Shown here piece by piece: positions 22,660 to 32,533 of a DNA stretch of 64,000 nt. Numbering within the stretch: the first letter of the stretch is position 1; every line of letters starts with the position of its first letter. The DNA comes from Pavona decussata (taxonomy: Eukaryota). The stretch is from contig CDRNST010000131.1 of assembly GCA_977016875.1 (NCBI GenBank), positions 372,001 through 436,000 on the forward strand. The letters are read 5' to 3'. The notes under the pieces are model-generated. The model saw only the letters and a list, made by a program, of their open reading frames with translations. It did no database searches and had not been told where the DNA came from. The position numbers and the translations under genes were made by a program.

Positions 22660-25600
22660 CTAGTTATAAGGGACGCCTTGCACGTTCAGAAGATGCCTTA
22701 GCTGTGCGATTTCTTGTTGTTGTTCATCAGTTTGATCATCTCCGTCTCCTTCTTCTCCTTCGCCACTGTCTGCGCTTCCACTTTCTCCGCTGTCTTCTTC
22801 ATCCCCACTCTCCGGACTCCCCCCGCTGCTGTCTTCTCCGCTCTCCCCATTCAACTCGTTCCCAGACTGCTCCCGTCCAATACCATCATTTCCACTCTCC
22901 CCAGATCCGCTATCGAGACGCCTGTCTTCGCTGTCGCTACTTCCACTATCTTCATTTACGACATCAGTGCTACCTATAAATTTTAATTTATTGTCAAAGC
23001 TTAAAATTATCCATAAAAACTGAGTTGAATATCATTTCATGTTGACGTTATATCATTCAGTAAAGATAAAAAAAACAAAACAAAAAAAGAATTACACGCA
23101 GCATCCAATTTCCCGGTCTCAGCTACTATTTTTTTTTATATAGAAGAAGATTGGTGTGTTATGCGCTGAAAGGCAAACAATCATACACCTATTTGTGACT
23201 TGCCCGAATGCTCAGCTGTTTTGGATACATTTTACAGATTAATGGTACGAAAAAAAACAACATTGAGATCACGCTTTCTGAAGCACAAACACTTACAGCA
23301 TCACAGACACCGTGCCTCAGTGTCTTGGTTTAAACCTCTGCATGATAATTGCAAAACACTATATTTACACCACGTCTAAAAATAAGGAAGATTATTTTTT
23401 TCGATGCTTTTGGTCTATCCTTAAAAATAAAATTCAAATTGAAACTAGTAAAGCTAAGGTGCAAGTCAAGCTGTAAAAATAATTTACTTGATACTGGTTA
23501 ATTTCCCATATATTTTTTTTTGTTTGTTTGTTGTTGTTATTATTTTTTTTGTAGCTTTTAGAGTATCAACTCTTCGTTAATAGATAGTATGTTAGTAGTT
23601 AGTTGCATAAGAACTCTTATTGCATTATATTGTAAGTTAGTATTATGTAAGTAAGTATTGTAACTAACTAAGTATTATGTGGTAAAAACAATAAAAAAAA
23701 AATAAATAAAAAAAAGGGGGACTGGAAGAACAAATATTTGGGTTGATACAATAACTTAAACAACATGCAGAGTTTCGAGTGCTGAGGTTTGGAGCGCTGG
23801 CACTTCGTCAGAGCGAATTCACGAATCGGATTCTCCCTGACTCTAGAAGTAATAACGCACGAGACGTCAGCTCTCGAACATCTTGACGGGTGACCAAATT
23901 GCCTTACCAGCACAATTGTAAAATCCAAATATTAATTTTTCTTTCTTACCCTATCCTACTAATCCTTCATAATTTTCCTCGTAAACGTTTCATAAACACA
24001 CTACTGTTAATTTTTATCTGCCTAGAGTAGAACCTGGCCACTTGCATTTGATATCGAATTGTCATGAAAGTTAATTAAGAAACTAATGAATTGGAATTTA
24101 AAAAAGTGAAAAGTTTCGTATATGATTTAAATTATCGGTTGGCAATGCGCGTTTTAACTGACCATGTAGGTAATTTTGCTTGGTTATTAAGGTCATTCTA
24201 CTTCCATCACTTTACAATATAAAAATTATTAATGAAGGCTTCACCAGTTTAATCTATAGGTTAGAACTAGACTTGCATACATACTAGGGTGTTTCCAAAA
24301 AAACTCGTGGATTGTCTTTTTGTTGTTTTGGCGCCTTCTTTATTTACTTTAAATTTTGCTGTCTTTTTTGAAGGCCTAGAGTATAGGACAATTTGTCGAA
24401 TAATCCTTAACATACCTTCCACGTAATTCTTTGTATCATTCCTCGTGCTTTCATCCTCTTCCTCTCTGCTAACGCCTTCAGCTTCTTCATTCTCTTCCGA
24501 CTCAACATATTCCTCTTCCACGTTTTCTTCAAGGTTAGGATGGAATCTCTGTATCAATGGCATTATACCCTCTGGCTTGGGTTTTGGAGCTGCAAGACAG
24601 GATTGCCGTCCATGTAATTATTCAATAATCAGGTCCAACTAATATATATTCAATTGAATCTTCTAAAATGGCAGCTGAGTTACTTTTAGTTAACAACTCT
24701 TTCAAATAAATCAGTGATTTTGAAAAACGAAGTACATCCGCTTCATTATTTAGAGTTTTACAAGGTTTGCAGTGTAGCCGAAACACCTGTTTTCGTAAAT
24801 TGTAACTCTAAGTGTTAAGACTGCGACAACGACGCCAACAAAAAGTCACTTAAAAATATGATCTAACGTTTTGTTGAAGTTCTTTTTTGAATTTCTTCGC
24901 GCCTTTTCCAACTCTTTGAACGTGTTAAATGCAGCCTGACCAGCCAAAAACTTTCTGCTAGGAACAGCGTTTAAGTTAAGAAAGAAAGAAAGAAAAATTC
25001 ACCCTCGTATGCCCATTTTCACAAAAAACTTTCAGTTTGGCCGTTTGACGCTGCTTTTGTGCAGAGGAAAGGAACAAAATGAGCCACAATTTATACCGCA
25101 CGTTCAGTGCTCGTTAAATCTTTTTGTCGTTAAAATGTAAAAAAAGAAAGTAACTTGTTTACCCACAGAGCACCAAAGCATCTCTAAGAACTCATTCAAA
25201 GGTAACCGTGCGTTCCAGGTGGAATTGAAATTCGAAAATGTTGGTTTGTAGAGGAAGAAAAACGGGAGAACCGGGAGAAAAACACTTGGAGCAAGGACGA
25301 GAACCAACAACAAACTCAAACCACATATGACGCCGAGTCCGGGAATCGAACCCGGGCCCCGTTAGTGGGAGGCGATTGCTCCCACCAATGCACTATCCCT
25401 GCTCGAACTGTCTTGTGACACTCTTGTTGCCGTCGCAGTCGTAGCTTCTTAAGGTCCCTGATTATGTATCACAGAAGTCTTAACGTAGTTTACCTGTAGC
25501 CGAAGGAAAGTGTATTTTATTTTACTAATACATTACCAAAGCTTATATCTCCTCTCTTCACATAAGCCACTGTTGGGTTCGTATGATGAGTCTCAACAGG

Positions 25601-28600
25601 AGCGTCTTTGGGTTCACACCACTGCGCATTTGTGCAAAATACTGAGTAGCATTTTCCCGCCATCATCATGGCAACGTGACATTTACTGTTAGAACAGCAG
25701 CGTTTTATACATGACGTAATATCCTTCACGCCCTTGTGGTGAGTCAGCTGACCAGACAGCATACCAGCCTTGAGGACCGTTTTGTTTCTTATCTCGCCAT
25801 CCAATTGGCAGATCTGTTCTTTTTGTTGTTCTGTTGACATTACGGGCGTGCCATCTGGAAGAGATGTGATTAGGCTCTTAACCAAGTACAAATCCTTTGA
25901 TATGAAAATACAAATAAAATATACAATTCCACTCGATGACCCCTTGACAAGGCTATATAGAGGGTAACAGTGAACTAAACTCATTATAATCGCCCTAAAG
26001 TAGACTAATAAACTATGCATACACAAGTAATTAACCACGGAGAGAAGGTAACGAATATTATTGCATTATTTTGCTCTGTATTTATATCTTCTAAATCCGA
26101 TCGTTGAATTCCCATCAATACAAACTCTTATAATTTATGGAAGCGAGTAACATGAATTCTCACGCCAGAAACTTTGCAAGACTGTAATCGAATCAGTGAT
26201 ATAAAGCAGGGATACTTATATCTTCTGGTTTTCTCGTTTCCTCTCTTTTGTAAGTTTTTCTCTTTTATCTTAAAAGCTGTAAAGGGCACATAATTAATTT
26301 ACCTATATTTTTGCCGTTCTCCATTTTCCCCCGAGTAGTTCTTAGCCTTGTCGTCTTATAATCGTTATAATTATTATATAATGGATAAATATAGTCGTTG
26401 TAGTTATTAGTAATGGAGAAATATAATCGTTGTAATTATTATATAATGGAGAAATATAATCATTGTAATTATTATGAAATGGAGAAATGAGGAAAAATGG
26501 AATAAAATAAAAAAAAAAAGATATAAAACAGGGAGTTGAATATATATAAACAATAGCCTCCATTTGACCCGAAAATATGCTTAGATATTTGTCCGCGGAC
26601 ATGATCTATTCCGAGAAGCGAACAGTTTTCCGAGAGCGAAGCTCGAGGAAAACTGTGAGCTTCGAGGAGCAGATAATGTCCAAGGACAAATATCTGAGCA
26701 TATTTTTAAAGCCAAATGGAGGCTATTGTGGTTATTATCCTTCAAATATTTTTCGCAACAAGTAGAAACGAGCTTGAGTATTTAAACATTTCGTTTAAGA
26801 ACAGTTTACCCTCAAAAACGTTTAGAGCGTATGTTGTTTTCTGATACTGCTTTATCGACCAGCAGGTTTATCTCTCTTTCTGTCACAAAAGCAAACTGTT
26901 CCCCCATCTTTACATTAATTTTAATTGTCAACAAGACGCGCCTTGAAGTTTTTGAAATTGGGGAATATCATCGGATATTCCCCAGTTTTAGCTGGGGTAT
27001 ATTCGGTCACGTGAGGTGTTTAGACCAATCGTGCGGAAGCGAAAATATTTGATGGATTATAAAACACAATATAATATAACTCATGCATATATATAACATT
27101 ACTCATGCATACGTTTAGTGCATTTAAACGCTTACCGTCTCTAAGCCTCACGCCAAACTTTCGCTTTACTATGTATTGAATTGATCTTTCAAAAGTGCCG
27201 TTAGTACGCCTTGCTTCCTCATCCGGGATAGTACGGCAGCTTCTCTCGCTGTTACACCTTACAAGAAAACATGAACGGCCAAACATGTAGGCCAGATCAC
27301 AGGAAGGGTCCTCACAGCATAGTCTGGTGCATATATGGGGGTTCGCTACTCGGCCCACGTCTGTGAAGCGCCCTGCGTCTGGGCCATCCAAAAGAACGGA
27401 CTTTGTGTAGAGTTTGCTCTGAATACATTGTAAATGGTGAGGTGATTGGCCTGACGGGATTTTCACTAAAGAGTGAAGAGTGTAATAAAGGACAATATTT
27501 AATCAATGCCACTCATTGTTAACCTTTGGTAGGTTTACAATTAGTTATCTTCATTAAAATGCTAACTTCAAGACCCAAAATTTCATTTTCTGAAAACGAA
27601 ACAAGTTTCACGATCGATCTAAACCTGTAACTTGTGTTTAAAGGAGCAGTTTCACTGCAGATTGTGACATTAACATGTTAACAGCTACATCGCTAGTACA
27701 CAGAAACTAGTATTAATTATCTGTGGCTGTGAATGACAGGGTGTCTATTTTGAAAAGTTTTTCCTATGTATCTATGAGAAATCATTGAAAAACTGATCAT
27801 AGTTTAAATTGTTTCTTATACACCGAGAGCAATTTGACGTTAGGAAGAGCTACCTTCATATGGTTCTTATATCATGCAAGTAATGACTAACTCTCATTGT
27901 TCTGAGCCGACTAGGCAGTGCGCTAACTTCGGGTTTGCTGTTGTTTATCGTAACTTACCAACTTTCTTGCCCTTTTCGTACAGCCATGGTGCCACAAAAG
28001 CCATTTTCTGTTTAAAAGCATGATCAGCGTTCCGCGCTGGCAGCGCTTGACATCTCTCTTCTGAGTAACATTTCACCAGGTAACAGCGATCAGATATCAT
28101 GAAGGCCAGGTCACATGGCTGAACTTTAGACTCACAGCAGTACCTGATATAAGAAACAATGATTTCATTTTCGCGATATTTGAAGGACTTGTTTGGCACT
28201 GAAAATACTTCAAATGACTTGGCACAGTAGTGCCTTATACCAAGAGCTATTATAAAAGCAATTTCAAAAAAGACTTCTAATCCGTCTTTAAAGCTATGCA
28301 TCAGCCCATTACAGCAATGCCCACCCCCTCCCCCCGGACATTAGTGAAGCATTTGATTACGCTGTAGTCTCGGGAGTCCAGTGATTGCACATTTGGAGCA
28401 CTGACACCCTTGTGGTTTTGGCCTTGCATGTTGCAGATGCCCATGGGTTCGTGGTCGGGTTGGTCTCTTCATTACTTTGTTTCCCCGCACAGGGCACTGA
28501 TCATATACACATGCTAATTTGCGCCATACAAATATTAATTATTAATATTCTCCACATTGTCTCTCTTCAGCCAGGTGTATAAATGGGTACTGGAAACATA

Positions 28601-31423
28601 CTGATGGGGGTAAACCCTACGATAGACTAGCATCTAGGGGATAAGTAGCAAATAAACTAAAACAGACATCACAATAACGCGCCCTCCTGGACACGAGTCG
28701 GGATAAAAACAATTTTTCCCATCACGACACAGAGACTGGGTTTATTTCCGGCAGTGTGGCCCACTTTCGCTTATTGTGCAACTTTACCTACATTTCTACT
28801 GTAAATTATTTTTTGAATTACCTGATGCAAGTTTTAATACTCTTTACTTTGCCAATATCAGTGAACTTTCCAGCTTTTAATCCACCCATCAGCTTGACGT
28901 TATACATGATCTCGTTGTGCGGACATTTCGCTTGAGGGTCGTAGCTATTAGGATTGTCGTTAACTGGAGCTTTGGCTGCAAAAAGTGATAATAAATGAAT
29001 AAATAAATAAATGATATCAGAACGGAAAGATAGTTTCAATCTTGAGAGTGATGTATTATTCAATAATGACACAGGCAAACTCGGAAAAAGAAATTCCTAG
29101 TGCTCCTATCAGGTGTCGATCCTAAGACCTTCCGATTACTAGTTCGGATGCTGTACCACTGAGCTACAGGAGACTCCTGGGAGCTAGGGCCATTAAACTA
29201 GGTTCAAGGGACAAACATTCTGCACACTGGTAGGATTGCAATGTCAATGAGTAGCATATGTGCAATGAAAGGAAATGTGATGGGATATAGAAGGGCACAA
29301 TCGACGAAAGCAGCTTGATTCCAGACATGGGCATGGACAAGATTATTGGAATTAATGGCACCGTTAGAGTGGTGTTCAATTGAGGGTCGTCTAACCATGC
29401 TTAGGTAATAACTCTCACTGATACACAACAACGATATACAACTGCAACAGAGCTGCAGGAGACGGATACTAGTAAATTGCTTTAAGTGCAGGAAAACTTG
29501 TGCAAACGAGTTGCTATGGGCAGTTTGACCATTAATTTGTTGATAAAGTGACGCGATTTTGGTTAGTTTGCTTTATTTGTATTTTTGTTTTATTGTTTAT
29601 TTAATCGACTATAGTTGCAGGGAAGCAATACCCAAACCAATCGCGAAATTTCGTCAAATCTCACAGGTGCATTAAACAAGAAAATATTTCTTTCTTTTTA
29701 GTACTTTAGGGCCCCCAACGAAACATTTCGTTGGATATTTGTTCATATGGCCTTGATCACCTCAGCTTCGAATTTACTTGTTATGTAAATCTAAAGTTTT
29801 CTTCGGTAAAATGGCAGCTCAAACTTTCGTAACACTGGAAAACTAATTCCTTTCGTTTTCGGATGGATACCGTTTGTCGTTAAAAACGCGAAAAAAAAAA
29901 AGCAAAAACAAAAACCAATTTGGGGAATAACGTTCCATTCTTCTGCAAATTAAATTTTAGGCTGAAGGAACCGAGCCTGCGATCAAACTGAATTAGCTTA
30001 CACAAAATTAAATGATCTGGAAACCGACAGGAGACAACATTTTGAATAGTTTAGTTAAATGTTCTCGTTGGGTGCCTCTTAGTATTTTTTTTGGTCTGTC
30101 TGTTTTTGTTTTGCAGTTAGGGGCGGGCATGTTTGTTTGCTGCAGGTTTTCATTCCGTAATCCTTGCTTTGTTTTGTTTTTTTACCGGACGGTTGTTACC
30201 AGTTTGAGGGTGCGTTCTACGGTTTTGAATTCGCATAACGGTTAGTTTTGCTAAGCTTTTACACTTTTAAACAGTCTGGACACTTACTTAACAATCCTGT
30301 TCCTTTTGTTGTCATGTGTGCAACCTGCATGTCAATATCTTCATCATCTGCTGGAATAGACTCGCAGACTGAGTCATTTAAACACCGCACACTGAAACAT
30401 TTCGTCCCGTGCATCATAGCTACGTCACAGTTCTTGGAATTGCAACACAAATGCATACACTCTTGCATGTTTTTCACAGGCCCCTGATCGCGGAAAATTC
30501 CGGCATATTGTCCTCCTCGTAATGTCACATTATACTCGATATCTTCTTGTCCGCAGTTGTATTCTTCGAGAATGGTGTGACCAAAGGTTACTGAGAATTA
30601 AATTGTGAAAAGAAACAAGTATTAGACTCTAAAGTTGGGAATATTTTTGCATTCATACCAGAGATCATTGTCCTAGAACGATGGAAACAAAGAATAATCT
30701 ATAAATAGAAACCTCCCATTGGTCAATCAAGATCAATGCTATACGCGTCGTTTTAATGATCAACACGTTAGTATAAGCTTATCTGGACTTCTTGTAATTC
30801 AAAGTTGACGTGAGATAAAACATCTTTTATTTTCGGAAGATTTTCTCTGCACATATTAATGAATCATATTTATCAAAATCCTTCGAAAATTTTACTCTAG
30901 GAGTGAGACCAACTAGAACTCGGCGGAATTACAAGAAAAAAAAAACCGACAAAAGCATTACTTCCACCGTAAGTTCTCCTTTTTAATGACAATAACCCTT
31001 TTTTTATTAAACGAAACTGGAAATGTATCTTTTTTTAGTCAATTAAACTTAGTTGAATTGAAACTTGAGAAGAGTGGTTAGTATCTTGATATATTCAATA
31101 AGGCTGTTGTTTTTATGTTCAGGCTTGATCGAACAACTGACACTTTTTGAAACGGGTGGTGAAAATCATTGTATTACGATGCATTTCATTTTCTAGTGCG
31201 ACAATCCTAGAGTTTTCATTTAAGAAACAGAATTTGCGGTGTGTGTTGTTATTGAAGGCAAAATTCGTGTATTTTTTAAAATAAATTGCTTATTAGGCCC
31301 AAACGATACGCTAAAATTCTGACGAAAATTTCACTCACCTGTTGCCAAAGTTACAAATATGGCGGAAACAAAGAGCAACTTTTCCCGTCGTCTTCTTGGT
31401 GAACAACAAAGACTGTCAAACAT
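22660..31423 (-). CDS. Gene A: secreted protein with 4 MANEC/KIAA0319-N-like domains and an acidic Ser-Gly-rich tail (about 620 aa, 8 coding exons)
   Basis: Exons 31423-31339, 30590-30288, 28975-28822, 28143-27959, 27465-27136, 25854-25537, 24589-24416, 22973-22660. All GT-AG and phase-compatible, summing to 1863 nt. Signal-like MFDSLCCSPRRRREKLLFVSAIFVTLATVTFG; stop TAG at 22662-22660; no TM segment. Confidence 0.85.
23735..23932. mobile_element. Penelope-like pseudo-LTR remnants in inverted arrangement
   Basis: CTTCGTCAGAGCGAAT is shared with the element at 20050; a more decayed plus-strand copy follows (CTGACT...TAACGCACGAGACGTCAGCTCTCGAA). Confidence 0.55.
25135..25404 (-). mobile_element. 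tRNA-derived SINE (V-SINE-like central domain)
   Basis: Minus-strand head GAGCAGGGATAGTGCATTGGTGGGAG (A box) and GGTTCGATTCC (B box), then TTTTTCTCCCGGTTCTCCCGTTTTTCTTCCTC. Appears to lie inside an older MITE-like sequence (about 24815-25460). Confidence 0.8.
26541..27062. mobile_element. Non-autonomous element with nested inverted repeats (superfamily unassigned)
   Basis: Hairpin AATAGCCTCCATTTG...CAAATGGAGGCTATT (about 26550-26730), a second inverted pair TCAAATATTTT(T)CGC / GCGAAAATATTTGA, and an internal palindrome GGGGAATATC..GATATTCCCC. Confidence 0.65.
28558..28792 (+). mobile_element. SINE central/3' fragment
   Basis: CCAGGTGTATAAATGGGTAC...GGGGGTAAACCCTACGATAGACTAGCATC...ACTTTACC resembles a common cnidarian SINE body (recalled); no head is visible. 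Confidence 0.5.
29099..29175 (-). pseudogene. tRNA-like (Thr-AGT-like) module within a repeat
   Basis: Cloverleaf-like: CTCCTG/TAGGAG acceptor stem, TAGCTCAGTGGTA A box, TCCGA-ACTAGTAA-TCGGA anticodon arm (8-nt loop), T-loop ATCGACA (non-canonical). Confidence 0.55.
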
Positions 31424-32119
31424 GGCTATTTACTTACATAGAACGCCACTACGTAAGAAATGAAATATAATATTTCGTTTACTAAAGATAAACTAAATAT
31501 TAGAAGAATTGTTTTGGTGAAGATAGCCAGTGACGGTAAAAAGCTTATGTTGTTTGATGACTTCACAGCGGAACAACGCAACCTGTCATTCCAGTACAAG
31601 GAGCCAATCAGAGGGCGAGTTTTGTCGGTCGCGATCATAACCTCACTTTTAATACAACATAGAGTAAAAACTGTCTCAAAAAACATGTTGTATGTCAAGA
31701 CAATGAATGCACTTCACCTGTTGCACGTAGTTTCAAATTTGTGATGTTCATCTCTAGTCTTGTCTGCTCTGCTGACAACATCAGCAGTGTTTCATCCATT
31801 AAAATTATTGCTCAACAAATCAGCTTTGTAAATATAGCTTTTATACTAATAATTAGTACAGAAAATTGCGGTATCGTAATTTTGAAAAGCTTACGAGGAC
31901 TTGTTTTGCGGTTGAAACTTATTTTAAAAAGAAGAAATAAAAAAAAAAAAAACACGATTTCGATCCGTGTCAAAAATTCATCTATACGCATACCATTTTT
32001 TCAGAGGGTCCAGACTTTTTTTTATCCTTTCCCCTAAAAGGGGAATCGAAGAAAGAGGTGTCAGGATCGTTTTAATTCGTTATCCAGTAACAATTTGTGC
32101 GTACTTACATGGTATCTTA

Positions 32120-32533
32120 GGGGGTGTTTACATGATACCGGTGCGACTTTCATTCTGGTACGAGTTCACTCCAGTTCCCTCTTGCGGCTCTTTGTTCGTT
32201 TACATGATACCAGCGCAAAATCTCACACTGGAGCGAGTCATACCGGTGCGAGTTCATCCCGGTAACTGTACTGGAGCGAGATTTTCATTCCTGTACGAAA
32301 ACTCATTCCGATGTCATGTAAACGCGGTACAGCTGTTCGCTCCAGCATGACATCACTCTCCTGGGAGTCTGGAACGGGCAGCGCAAGCGCAGTCTTCGAC
32401 ATCCAATCCAATATGGCGTCACAATCACTTCGGTTGACATGAAGTGTCCATTAATGTAAACACGGCATGGAATCACAGTGTCATACTGGTATCAAACTCG
32501 CACCGGTGCGAGTTTCCACATGTTAACACCCCC
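32120..32533. mobile_element. PIF/Harbinger-type (Tourist-like) MITE
   Basis: TIR GGGGGTGTT(T/A)ACATG with TTA TSD at 32117-32119 and 32534-32536; repeated ACCGGTGCGA motifs; about 700 bp upstream of the gene A ATG. Confidence 0.85.

Noticed and set aside
6014-31423. Annotating all MANEC exons as one long gene
   Set aside because: Exon 22973-22660 ends in a stop followed by AATAAA, and a separate signal-peptide exon exists at 17348-17303. Read-through is kept only as a hypothesis.
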